A stretch of 35,276 nucleotides of DNA from Candidatus Micrarchaeia archaeon (GCA_038874215.1 JAVZCV010000012.1:1-35276), one strand, 5' to 3'; shown: positions 19,248 through 28,404, counted from the first letter of the stretch. Numbers and translations: made by a program. Notes: generated by a model from the letters alone, not told the origin.

Positions 19248-19952
19248 CTACTTTGTTTTATTCCATACTGTTTCAAAATATCCCCTGAAACCCTCTGCGG
19301 TCGCCTTGTCTTTAAGAGCTATTGCCAAATGCGGCTCTGCATCCCAGAAACAGAGAAGCACAAAATCCCTGCAAACTATAAAATGAAAGGGGAATCCTTG
19401 GATTTCGGTTTTCTTAGAGAGCAACGCTATACTGGGTTGTGCAAATTCTTTTTCAAAAATCGTTTTTCCGCCTACATTCATCTTTCTAATATGCTTTTGC
19501 CATTCCATCCAATAATCGGGCATTTCTCTTGCGAATTCATTCTCATTGAAACTTAGAATCTCACCGCGAAATCCTGCATAGTCAACGATCTCTGAAAGCG
19601 CTGTTCTTATATCCCTATCGCCAGACCTAACCTCTACTTCTTGCTCATAGCGCGATAGCGAGCGCTTCTTTATCAGAAGCGGAAGGATCCCCTCTATTTT
19701 CCTCTTCCTTTCTTCTATGATGGCAAGGAGTGCGTCTGGGCTTGCCGCCCTATATCGTTTTTTATTTTTGATAAAAACCGTGAATGCAAGTCCCTTCGCA
19801 ACCAGCCTGTTTAAATTCTCATAAACTCTCGGTGCATGAAGTCCGGTTTTTTTAACGAGCTCTTTTATATCCGCTGTCCCAATCTCGTTGAGCGCTATGT
19901 ATACCTCTGCCTCATTTTTTGTTAGCCCTGTGCTGACAAGTTCTTCTATCAT
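19248..19952 (-). CDS. TrmB-family transcriptional regulator
   Basis: GLTKNEAEVYIAL...RVYENLNRLVAKGL..KKRYRAASP winged HTH, coiled-coil, C-terminal effector-like domain. Confidence 0.85.
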   Translation of the reverse strand: MIEELVSTGLTKNEAEVYIALNEIGTADIKELVKKTGLHAPRVYENLNRLVAKGLAFTVFIKNKKRYRAASPDALLAIIEERKRKIEGILPLLIKKRSLSRYEQEVEVRSGDRDIRTALSEIVDYAGFRGEILSFNENEFAREMPDYWMEWQKHIRKMNVGGKTIFEKEFAQPSIALLSKKTEIQGFPFHFIVCRDFVLLCFWDAEPHLAIALKDKATAEGFRGYFETVWNKTK

Positions 19953-19986
19953 CGCACTTCCTTTATTTTATGTTGTTTATAAATTT

Positions 19987-20059
19987 TACTATTAATTAAT
20001 AGTATAAATTTATTATAAGAGAAAATAACTAGAAACAATAATACTACTAAACAATAGTA
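19987..20059. promoter_or_regulatory. Two TACTA-N8-TAGTA palindromic boxes (19987-20004, 20042-20059) in the divergent trmB/phosphoesterase promoter
   Basis: TACTATTAATTAATAGTA (perfect 18-bp palindrome) and TACTACTAAACAATAGTA in a very AT-rich 154-bp intergenic region. Confidence 0.55.
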
Positions 20060-20106
20060 ATATTTCAGAAAAGCAGAAATAAAAAACTCTAACGGGATAT
20101 CCCCTC

Positions 20107-20829
20107 ATGAGGTTTTTAACCGATAAGCCAGCAGTACTGCTCGGAGATACCCTCGTTATCGCCGACATTCATCTTGGAATAGAGCGTGAAGTTTTTGGCG
20201 TTAGGGTGAGCTTTACAGAAAATACGCGCGATGAGATACTTGGTTTGATACAGAAAACAAACGCAAAAAAGTTGCTCATTCTTGGGGATGTAAAGCACAG
20301 CATAGCGGGCAGGCGGGTTTTGGGCGGTTTTGAGATAAAAAATTTTCTTCAATCCATTAACCGCGTTGCTGAAGTTGAAATAGTAAAGGGCAACCACGAT
20401 GGACGTATAGAGTCTTTAACCAATGCCATAACCATACATGGAGCTGGCGGTGTTAAGCACGGGAAATACGGCTTCGTGCATGGGCACTCATGGCCAAAAA
20501 GCGAAGTGATGATGGCCGATTATATCTTCCTCGGGCATGTTCATCCCGTAGTGGATGTGGCCGATATTTCAGGCTACAGAAAAAGGATGCGCGTTTGGGT
20601 CGTTTGCAAAATGAATGTAAAAAACGCAAAGAAATTCTACAAAAGAATAAACCCCAAAGCAACTTTTATCATCGTGCCAGCCTTCACAGAGCTTGCAGGA
20701 GGCGGCGTTCTAAACGATTTAGCTATAAGGAAGCTCGGCCCCCTGCTGCGCAATGAAATATTTAAAATAGATGACGCCGAAATCTATCTGCTTAGTGGTG
20801 TAAAATTATCATTGAAATCAAAGAGGTAA
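20107..20829 (+). CDS. Calcineurin-like metallophosphoesterase
   Basis: ADIHLG, LGDVKH, GNHD, HGH, GHVHP, VPAF. Confidence 0.9.
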   Translation: MRFLTDKPAVLLGDTLVIADIHLGIEREVFGVRVSFTENTRDEILGLIQKTNAKKLLILGDVKHSIAGRRVLGGFEIKNFLQSINRVAEVEIVKGNHDGRIESLTNAITIHGAGGVKHGKYGFVHGHSWPKSEVMMADYIFLGHVHPVVDVADISGYRKRMRVWVVCKMNVKNAKKFYKRINPKATFIIVPAFTELAGGGVLNDLAIRKLGPLLRNEIFKIDDAEIYLLSGVKLSLKSKR

Positions 20830-20833
20830 TGCC

Positions 20834-21070
20834 ATGGGAAAGAGAAGAAGAAGGGGAAGAGAGAACATAATGATATGTGCTTCATGTGGGCGGAGGATAC
20901 CGAGGGACAAAGCCGTTGCGTATTCTCGCCGTGTTCTCTACACTACCGACCTGAAAACGGCCGATGATATAAAGTATCTTGATAGCTATAAGGTCTTCTA
21001 CTGCATAAGCTGTGCAAAGCATAGGAAGATATTTGAGAAAAAGAAGCAGATGATGCAGAGGCGGTGGTAG
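20834..21070 (+). CDS. rps26e: Ribosomal protein S26e (eS26)-like
   Basis: Basic N-terminus, CASCGRRIPRDKA ... YCISCAKH matches the eS26 CxxC...PxDKA...YCxxCA(x)H pattern. Confidence 0.8.
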   Translation: MGKRRRRGRENIMICASCGRRIPRDKAVAYSRRVLYTTDLKTADDIKYLDSYKVFYCISCAKHRKIFEKKKQMMQRRW

Positions 21071-21074
21071 GGCG

Positions 21075-21572
21075 ATGCGCGTTGAGGCAAAACTAATCGT
21101 AAACGATGTGCCAGGAGCTCTCCTAAAAGCGATAGAACCGATATCAGCGCATGGTGGCAACATCATCAGCGTTGCGCACATCAGGACGAGAAAATCTGGA
21201 AAAGAAGTACCGCTTCTCATATACTTTGAGATAAAGGATATGGAAAGCCTTGATGCAATAAAGTCAGGCTTCAAAAAAAACAGGGTCAAACTAACAGAGA
21301 TGAAACTTGACGGGCATCGTTTTCTTAAACGTCGCTCCTTCTACATCATGCTTCTCGGGCACGTTATGGAAACAGACGCACGCGATACGCTGGATAGGTT
21401 GCATGGCGAAGGTGCGCAGATATCTGACTTTTCTGTCAGCATAACGAGCCCTGAGCTTCCATCTGCCGCTTTGCTGAAAATAAATGTGGATGAAAGAAAA
21501 TGCGAGGATATATTAGAGACGATGCGAAAGACCTGCAAAGAAAAGAATCTCCTCTGCATACGTGAGATATGA
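21075..21572 (+). CDS. ACT-domain protein (putative allosteric regulator of homoserine dehydrogenase)
   Basis: DVPGALL..I...GGNIISVAH ACT motif, LLGHV..D..DTLDR; directly upstream of hom. Confidence 0.8.
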   Translation: MRVEAKLIVNDVPGALLKAIEPISAHGGNIISVAHIRTRKSGKEVPLLIYFEIKDMESLDAIKSGFKKNRVKLTEMKLDGHRFLKRRSFYIMLLGHVMETDARDTLDRLHGEGAQISDFSVSITSPELPSAALLKINVDERKCEDILETMRKTCKEKNLLCIREI

Positions 21573-21582
21573 GGTGTTAAAT

Positions 21583-22578
21583 TTGAATAAGCGCGATGTC
21601 CGTGTGATGCTTGTTGGCTATGGTGTTGTTGGGAGAGGCGTCGCAAAAGTTCTCAATCTAAAACAATCAAGTTTTATAAAAAAAGGCGTAAAATTCAAAA
21701 TCGTCGCTATGTGCGAAAAGGACGGCTCAATTTTTGACCCAAATGGTTTGTCTCTCAAAGAATTGGATAATTTTAAAAAACACCGTAGTTTTACCACAGA
21801 GACTGCATTGAAGCTTATTCCAGAGATTGAAGCAGACATCCTCATAGAGGTAACACCGACAAACATAATAAACGGAGAGCCGGGATACTCCCACATAGTA
21901 AGCGCATTGAAAAGCGGTAAGCATGTTGTTACCTCAAACAAGGGTCCGCTCGCTCTATACTACAACAAGCTCATGCATATAGCCGAAAAACACGATAGAA
22001 AATTGTTATTTGAAGCAACCGTTTGCAGCAGCACGCCCGTCTTTAGCCTCGTGCGAAAAACCCTCCAACCAAACGACATACTATCTATCGTAGGCATACT
22101 GAACGGTACAACTAACTACATTCTTACAAAAATGCATGAAGAGGACATCAGCTTTGATACCGCTCTAAGAGAGGCATGCGAAATGGGTTATGCCGAAGCC
22201 AACGCATCATATGATGTAGATGCGATAGATCCCGCAGCCAAGCTCGTAATACTCGCTAATGCTCTAATGGGCATGAAAATCAAATTCGCCGATGTCAAAA
22301 AAACAGGAATACGTGAGATAACGCCAGAAGCCGTAGAGCTTGCAAAGTCCAGAAACCGCGTTATCAAACTTGTGGGCGAGGTTTCAGATAGCACGGTTGA
22401 GGTTAGTCCCCGTCTCGTCCCTGCAAGCCACCCACTGAATGTAGGGGGCACGCTTAATGCTCTTATGTTTAGGCTTGATTTGGCTCATGACCTATACATC
22501 GTAGGCAGAGGGGCAGGCCAGATTGAAACAGCAAGCGCAATAATCTCCGATATGCTTGATATATGCGGGTGTTTATAG
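21583..22578 (+). CDS. hom: Homoserine dehydrogenase
   Basis: GYGVVG, HVVTSNKGP, GILNGTTNYIL, GYAE..YDVDAID.AAK, GRGAG..ETASA; TTG start after GAGGTG. Confidence 0.93.
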   Translation: MNKRDVRVMLVGYGVVGRGVAKVLNLKQSSFIKKGVKFKIVAMCEKDGSIFDPNGLSLKELDNFKKHRSFTTETALKLIPEIEADILIEVTPTNIINGEPGYSHIVSALKSGKHVVTSNKGPLALYYNKLMHIAEKHDRKLLFEATVCSSTPVFSLVRKTLQPNDILSIVGILNGTTNYILTKMHEEDISFDTALREACEMGYAEANASYDVDAIDPAAKLVILANALMGMKIKFADVKKTGIREITPEAVELAKSRNRVIKLVGEVSDSTVEVSPRLVPASHPLNVGGTLNALMFRLDLAHDLYIVGRGAGQIETASAIISDMLDICGCL

Positions 22579-23120
22579 TGGCAAAGTGCGTTAATCATCC
22601 TCTTAAAGACGCTGTTGCTTCCTGTTCAGAATGCGGCAAGCCCTACTGCGAAATATGCATAGAGAAAATAGGAGACCACCATGTCTGCTTTAATTGTCTG
22701 AGAAAAGTGATACTCACTTCAAAAAGCGCAAATTGGCCCAAATCTCTAACGCTAAGGTTGATAATAGCAGGCGGTGCATTTTTCCTACTCGCCATTTTCA
22801 GTGCAATAGAGGTGTTGAAGTATATGGCATTATTTGTAAATGCTATATTCAAAAATCAGCTACCCATATTCATAAGCACTCACGGCGAAGCTACAGGTCT
22901 GGCATTGGTTGAGTTTCTTAAAGCGGTTGTGTATTCTCTGGAAGCATACGGAATTGTGATGAACAAAAATTGGTCCTTCATTGTTGGTATTGTTATATGC
23001 ATTCTCTTGCTGCTCTACAAATTAGGCGAGGGCTTTTCTGTGGAAACCCTTTGGGGCATTGCATCACTATCCTTCCTTATCCTTATTTTGCTAACGAGCA
23101 GACATGAGCTGCACGGCTGA
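22578..23120 (+). CDS. B-box-like zinc-finger membrane protein
   Basis: CVNHP...CSECGKPYCEIC...CFNC followed by about 4 TM helices; GTG start overlapping the hom stop codon. Confidence 0.65.
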   Translation: MAKCVNHPLKDAVASCSECGKPYCEICIEKIGDHHVCFNCLRKVILTSKSANWPKSLTLRLIIAGGAFFLLAIFSAIEVLKYMALFVNAIFKNQLPIFISTHGEATGLALVEFLKAVVYSLEAYGIVMNKNWSFIVGIVICILLLLYKLGEGFSVETLWGIASLSFLILILLTSRHELHG

Positions 23121-23159
23121 AGGATTGATAGATGCTACGTTGTATATACACCCCAATAT

Positions 23160-23684
23160 TCACGAGCTAACAAGCAATTTGGCAATTCTCCTTGCCGATT
23201 TTGTTTTTAGGCTTTTGCAACCATCCAGCGCCCAGCGTAGCGCATTTTTGTTCCCCGCTTTGTAATAAGATACTGCCTTCGCTATAAAGTCCAGCGTATC
23301 CGCATCCTTTGCGACTATGGCTTCTTTTGTTTTTTGTGCGCAGAACTCATCAAAAAGGGATAACAAATTTTCGGTATCCTGCCTGTCTCCAATATTTGAC
23401 AGGATATCGGCAAGCGCTCTTCTTTCATCTATCTTTGCATATTTTTTTGCCGTACGGTGCAAATCTCCCGTTCTGCACTCTGAAATATCATGAATTAAAA
23501 TCATTCTGATTACCTTATTCCTGTCCGCGCCTTCAAGCCCTGCCAGAACATAACCTGCAACCATGGCGCCGAATACATGGGCCGAAACGCTTTCAGGCTT
23601 CTCAACACCTATGCAAAACCAGCCAGTTCTGGGGAAGAGTTTAAGCCCATCTATTTCAAGCAAAAAATCAGCAATCCTCTTCAC
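23160..23684 (-). CDS. HD-domain hydrolase (YfbR/HDDC2-like 5'-deoxynucleotidase)
   Basis: LKLFPRTGW, ESVSAH, IHDISECRTGD, KDADTLD. Confidence 0.88.
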   Translation of the reverse strand: MKRIADFLLEIDGLKLFPRTGWFCIGVEKPESVSAHVFGAMVAGYVLAGLEGADRNKVIRMILIHDISECRTGDLHRTAKKYAKIDERRALADILSNIGDRQDTENLLSLFDEFCAQKTKEAIVAKDADTLDFIAKAVSYYKAGNKNALRWALDGCKSLKTKSARRIAKLLVSS

Positions 23685-23696
23685 GGATTACACCCG

Positions 23697-24899
23697 TCAA
23701 AGAAATCCCATCTCTATAATTCTTGCCACTTTGTCAGCAGGGTATTCTATGTGTATGAACCTTGTTCTCCCCCTCTGGCCTTTCCCGCTCGCAGTCATCG
23801 TTATAAGTCCGAGCATCTCCAACTCGTTAAGATAATGTCTGAACCAGCGGGCGCTCCGCGGCTCCTTGCCAAAACGCCTTGCACATACTTTATATCTCTC
23901 ATAAACATCCCCCGATAGAATAGATTCAACGGTATCTCCGCTCAGCTTAGAATACTTCCCTCCTTCAAGAGAAAGCGATGCTACTGCATACAGGACGAGT
24001 TGCTGATGGTCTGGCAGACTGCATATTGCATCAACCGCTATATCCTCATCAGCGCTTCTTCTTGCAGCCTCAACATGCTTATCTGTTATAAGAGAGGCAC
24101 CCATCTCATCAACGAGCTCTCCTGCTTTCAATAAGAGCTTGAGAGCGTATCGAGCGTCTCCCGTTTCCTGTGCTGCTATCGCGGCGGCGAGATTTATAGC
24201 AGACTGGTCAACGCAGCCCTCGTGGAATGCAAGAGAAACACGCTGCTCAAGTATGGATTTAAGTTGCTTGGCATTATACGGTGTAAAAACAATCTCCGAT
24301 TCAAAAAGTGTGCTCTTACTCCTCGGGCCAAGCCTCTCCTTCAGGGATATCTTGTTTGAGATGCCAACAAAAGAGATGAACAAATTTTGTAAATCATCAT
24401 TAGAGCGCGTTAGAACATAAACGAGCTCATCTATATCCTGAACCATATCTATCTCGTCAAGCACGACTATCAGATTCCTATTTTCTTTTTTCATCCAATC
24501 CGTTAACCACTCATATATTCTTGAGAATCCATGCCCTGTTGTTTTATTTCCCAGCATTTCTCTCACGATCTTCTCAAATATTCTGTATGTAGTTGTAGCT
24601 TTTGAAACCCTGCAGTTTATATAGAAGCACGTCGTTCTGCTTTCAATCTCCGTGAATTTCTTAACTACATGTTTAACGCAACTCGTCTTGCCCGTTCCCG
24701 TCCCGCCGTATATAAAAACGTTGCTGGGCCGCTCATTCTTAAGAGCAGGAGAAATAAGCTTCATTATACACCTTATCTCCTCCTCTCTGTGCGGCAAGGT
24801 TTCGGGTATATATTGCGGAAGCAGGACGTTGCGGTTCTTGAAAATGGTTTTTTGAGATAATATAGTCTGAAACGAATCAGTCAAAACGATCACCAGCAT
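23697..24899 (-). CDS. cdc6: Orc1/Cdc6 replication initiator
   Basis: YIPETLPHREEE, Walker A GGTGTGKT, VLDEID, FTPYNAKQL, GDARYAL, C-terminal winged helix LEMLGLI...GRTR. Confidence 0.95.
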   Translation of the reverse strand: MLVIVLTDSFQTILSQKTIFKNRNVLLPQYIPETLPHREEEIRCIMKLISPALKNERPSNVFIYGGTGTGKTSCVKHVVKKFTEIESRTTCFYINCRVSKATTTYRIFEKIVREMLGNKTTGHGFSRIYEWLTDWMKKENRNLIVVLDEIDMVQDIDELVYVLTRSNDDLQNLFISFVGISNKISLKERLGPRSKSTLFESEIVFTPYNAKQLKSILEQRVSLAFHEGCVDQSAINLAAAIAAQETGDARYALKLLLKAGELVDEMGASLITDKHVEAARRSADEDIAVDAICSLPDHQQLVLYAVASLSLEGGKYSKLSGDTVESILSGDVYERYKVCARRFGKEPRSARWFRHYLNELEMLGLITMTASGKGQRGRTRFIHIEYPADKVARIIEMGFL

Positions 24900-24979
24900 A
24901 GAGTTTTTATAGGAATGGTTTTATAAGGATTGCTGATATATCTAAATTGTTGAAATACACTCAAAATAGAGGTGAGCAA

Positions 24980-25345
24980 ATGGGCATACTTGGAGACTTG
25001 TCTCGTGCTCTTGGTCTGAGTAAGGAAATAGATATTGAGGAATATCTTGACACCATGGAGCTTGAAGAAGTTGATGTTCTGCATGAACCCGCCGACTTCT
25101 ATGTTAAGCCAGTAGCCCTTGAGAGTGAATCCGACATAAGGGTTATACAAGAAGAACTTAAGAACAGGAACATCATCCTTCTGAATGTAACTCCCATGCG
25201 GAGAAATACAGCAAAGCTTAAGACGCTTGTTAGCGGGCTTAGGGATTTTGTGCTGAAAATAAACGGTGATATAGCGAGAATAGACAACGAGAAGATACTC
25301 CTAACACCATCAAAAGTTAAGATAGTCAAGCACAAGAAGCAATAG
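24980..25345 (+). CDS. sepF: Cell division protein SepF (archaeal type)
   Basis: NIILLNV...INGDIARI...ILLTPSKVKI; ATG 24980 after GAGGTGA. Confidence 0.85.
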   Translation: MGILGDLSRALGLSKEIDIEEYLDTMELEEVDVLHEPADFYVKPVALESESDIRVIQEELKNRNIILLNVTPMRRNTAKLKTLVSGLRDFVLKINGDIARIDNEKILLTPSKVKIVKHKKQ

Positions 25346-26051
25346 CCCGCTTTCCACCTTCTTCTTTTAATTTTTTGAATATGCACATGAGCGAAGCCAC
25401 CTCATTATCGTTTGCGAGAGACTTACCGAGAACGCGCTTAAACGCCAATTTGACTTTTTGAGGGTTGCGCAGATGCTTTTTGTGCAAATCCACAATCTCG
25501 TTAAACATTCTCAGAAGGATATCTCTTTCTTTTCTCCGTGCCATTCTGGTTTTTTTAAATCCCATGGTCTTTTGGCATGCAGTATGTACGGAATATAGCA
25601 CGATAGCCATCGCATGGGTTATGTTTAGCGATGGGTAGTGGGGACTCGTCGGTATTGATATGAGAAAGTCGCATTCCTTTATCTCTTCTGCATCCAAACC
25701 CGTCCCTTCCCTCCCAAAAACAAGGGCTATCCTTCCATGCTTCCCATATATTTTTTTGACAAACTCCTCCAAATCCATCGGATTGCGAAGGGTTTCCCTT
25801 CCATTTCTTATTGCCGTTGTTCCTACTACAACATCGCAATCTTTTACTGCTGCTTTAAAATCCCGAACCACCACCGCCCGCTCCAATACTTCCTTTGCAT
25901 GCTTTGCAAACATCTTCGCCTCAAAGCCCGGCTTTTTTTTAGGATTAACAAGGCAAAGATTCGTAAAACCAAAGTTCTTCATAACTCTCGCTGCATAACC
26001 CATGTTTATTTCGTACTGCGGCTCTACTAAAACGATAAGAAAATTCCTCAT
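25326..26051 (-). CDS. trmJ: TrmJ/LasT-family SPOUT tRNA methyltransferase
   Basis: VLVEP...NMG..ARVMKNFG, VVGTTA, FGREGTGL, YPSLNITHA. Confidence 0.88.
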   Translation of the reverse strand: MRNFLIVLVEPQYEINMGYAARVMKNFGFTNLCLVNPKKKPGFEAKMFAKHAKEVLERAVVVRDFKAAVKDCDVVVGTTAIRNGRETLRNPMDLEEFVKKIYGKHGRIALVFGREGTGLDAEEIKECDFLISIPTSPHYPSLNITHAMAIVLYSVHTACQKTMGFKKTRMARRKERDILLRMFNEIVDLHKKHLRNPQKVKLAFKRVLGKSLANDNEVASLMCIFKKLKEEGGKRAIASCA

Positions 26052-26665
26052 TCCCGCACCGCCTTTATCACGACAATTTCCTCAAAAAAAGCCCTGAACC
26101 TATCCTCTATTGAGCATGCAAAACCTCTCTTGCCGAGCATCCTAATCGTCTTCTCATTATCGCACAAAGAACTAGAAACCATGTAAAGGCATCCGCCTTC
26201 ATTAAGATAATCGGGAAATTCCTCAATAAACCTGTCTATAACTTTTCTTCCATCAGCGCCACCGTTCCAAGCGAGGTCTATAGGGCCGCTTACAACATCC
26301 TCTTCCCCTGTTGGAAGATAAGGAGGGTTAAAGGCTATGCAGTCAAAACTTGCGCCAACATTCTCAAAAAGGTCGCTGACAAAGAAACTGCATTTTTTGC
26401 CGTTAATCCTTGCGTTGAATCTCGCATTCTCTACTGCAATGCTGCTTATATCAACACCAACCGCATGGGCTTTCGTTGATATTGCGACTATACCACAACC
26501 AGTCCCCATATCAAGAAGTTTTCCTTTAACATTCTGAACGCTTCTCGCAAGCATAAAAGAATCCTCAGCAGGCTCGTAAACATCATCAAAAACAAAAAAC
26601 TCACAATTCCCAAAGAAGCATTTGCGCCACTTATTTCCTATTCTCAAAAGCTTTCTCGCTTTCAT
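26048..26665 (-). CDS. HemK2/PrmC-like release-factor glutamine methyltransferase
   Basis: VYEPAEDS, LDMGTGCG, FNPPYLP, GGADGR. Confidence 0.9.
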   Translation of the reverse strand: MKARKLLRIGNKWRKCFFGNCEFFVFDDVYEPAEDSFMLARSVQNVKGKLLDMGTGCGIVAISTKAHAVGVDISSIAVENARFNARINGKKCSFFVSDLFENVGASFDCIAFNPPYLPTGEEDVVSGPIDLAWNGGADGRKVIDRFIEEFPDYLNEGGCLYMVSSSLCDNEKTIRMLGKRGFACSIEDRFRAFFEEIVVIKAVRE

Positions 26666-26679
26666 ACTTCATCCTTTAT

Positions 26680-28239
26680 TCACAATTCTCTCACATCTAT
26701 CCTAAACCCCACCTTTTTTTCCATCTGGGCTATCCTCTTCCCCTTCCGCCCTATAACGCGCGGCACATCCTCCGTGTGCAAATATAATACGACCTTTTTT
26801 CCCTCCACCCTCACATCAAAGTCCCTTCTCGCAAATTTAGAAACGAGCCTCCGTATAACAGCCTCAACCTGAACAGAACCATCTCTCTTTAACTCTTCTA
26901 TCGGCGCAACAACAACCTCCTCACCGAATTTGTAGAGTTCATACTCTATGTAGCCAGTTTCAAAGTCCTTCACTTCTATAACGGGTCTTGCCAAGTCTTC
27001 ATCAGACATTCCGTGCGGAACCTTTATCTTCATGTTCAGATCGTACACCTTCGCTATATCACCGTTTGCTATATGTATTACCGTATCAACTATCTGCGGT
27101 ATCATCCCCATGTCAACCCGCCCGACAAACCTCTGTATCGCATCTATCGGCCGTGTTGCATGCACAACGCCAACCATGCCCACCCCTGAAAGCCGCATAT
27201 CCGCAAAAATTTTGAAATCCTCTGTTTTTCTCATTTCATCATATATTGTGTAATCCGGTCTGGCGAGAAGAAGTATATCTGATGTTTTCTCAAAACTGCC
27301 TTCAAGAGGCGAGTATTGCGTTATCTCATCAGAAACCTGCAGATCGCGCGGCGACTCCATCGTTTTCACTATCTTCCCCCTGCCCATGTAAAACTCTGCA
27401 AGGGCTGCAGTGAAAGTGCTCTTGCCAGCGCCAGGGGAACCACATATAACTATTCCCTCCGCCCTTTCAGACAGCCTCCTCATAAGTTTCTCAGAAATTG
27501 TGTAGCCCTCAATGTTCATCTTTGCTATCGGCCTTACTATTGTTATCTCCATTCCATCTGAGAAGGGCGGTTTTGCTATTGCTATTCGGAATTCTGAGAG
27601 TTGCACGACCGTTGCACCCCGCCTGTCAAGCTCTATATATGAATTTGGTGAGCGTTCGGCGCTCTCAACAATCTCTTTTGCAAGTGCGCGCAGTTCAGCT
27701 GCGGTGCATTTCCTATCGGATAGCGTTACCAGCTTCACATCACCTGGTTTCCCGATTTTCGCTTTCGGGACAACATTCTCCTTAAGATGCACAGAGAGCG
27801 TATCTCTCGTAAAATACTTCTTAAATGACAACTCCTGCTTTGTCTGAATCGGCTCAAGATACATCACTTCCAATCCCTCTGCCTCTGCTACTGCACACTG
27901 CACCCTATCAGAGCTTATCAGAGTAGCGTTCATGTGGGCGGCTATCTCACGTATTTTTGCATCAATTTCCCCATATTTCGCCCCCCTTATCTCTTGGTAT
28001 GTCGGTCTCTTGCCCCCGTATTCCAGCGTTATCTCCCCTCTCTCTGCCATTTCCAAAAGCGTATTTATCTCATCTATCCCAGTAAACCCTATCTCCTTAT
28101 TCATGTTTGCTTGGTGTTCAAGCTCTGCTATAACAGCATACGGCACTATTACTTTTGCACCCCTCAGTTCCCCATTCTTGACTAACTCAGTTATCCTGCC
28201 GTCAATTATTACGCTAGTATCAACAACAAAAACTCTCAT
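26680..28239 (-). CDS. PINA ATPase (PIN - PilT-like ATPase - KH)
   Basis: VDTSVIIDG PIN domain, GSPGAGKST, ESPRDL, DEMR, GVVHA, C-terminal KH VIGRKG. Confidence 0.92.
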   Translation of the reverse strand: MRVFVVDTSVIIDGRITELVKNGELRGAKVIVPYAVIAELEHQANMNKEIGFTGIDEINTLLEMAERGEITLEYGGKRPTYQEIRGAKYGEIDAKIREIAAHMNATLISSDRVQCAVAEAEGLEVMYLEPIQTKQELSFKKYFTRDTLSVHLKENVVPKAKIGKPGDVKLVTLSDRKCTAAELRALAKEIVESAERSPNSYIELDRRGATVVQLSEFRIAIAKPPFSDGMEITIVRPIAKMNIEGYTISEKLMRRLSERAEGIVICGSPGAGKSTFTAALAEFYMGRGKIVKTMESPRDLQVSDEITQYSPLEGSFEKTSDILLLARPDYTIYDEMRKTEDFKIFADMRLSGVGMVGVVHATRPIDAIQRFVGRVDMGMIPQIVDTVIHIANGDIAKVYDLNMKIKVPHGMSDEDLARPVIEVKDFETGYIEYELYKFGEEVVVAPIEELKRDGSVQVEAVIRRLVSKFARRDFDVRVEGKKVVLYLHTEDVPRVIGRKGKRIAQMEKKVGFRIDVREL

Positions 28240-28260
28240 TCAACTACCTCCGCTAAAAGG

Positions 28261-28404
28261 CTATTCAACGGTTCCTGCAACACCCAATTCAGCCGCGGCT
28301 TTGCTCACTGCCCTTGAAACGTTTTTTACAACATTTGGATTAAAAATACTTGGCACAACCCTCCTTTCGTTCAATCCTCCCTCGGAATATTTCCTATTCG
28401 TATT
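28261..28404 (-). pseudogene. Probable remnant of the C-terminus of a malic enzyme
   Basis: Stop-to-stop frame reads ..SEGGLNERRVVPSIFNPNVVKNVSRAVSKAAAELGVAGTVE*, resembling the malic enzyme C-terminal pattern (IIPSxFxxxVxxxVAxAVAxAAxxxGVA). An in-frame TAA lies upstream at 28405-28407. Confidence 0.5.

Noticed and set aside
19953-20106. AT-rich region as an origin DUE or mini-CRISPR
   Set aside because: No ORB-like boxes and no repeat-spacer periodicity; better explained as a divergent promoter with operators.
24900-24979. Replication origin next to cdc6
   Set aside because: Only an 80-nt divergent promoter region with no recognisable ORB repeats or G-string; the downstream gap is 12 nt.
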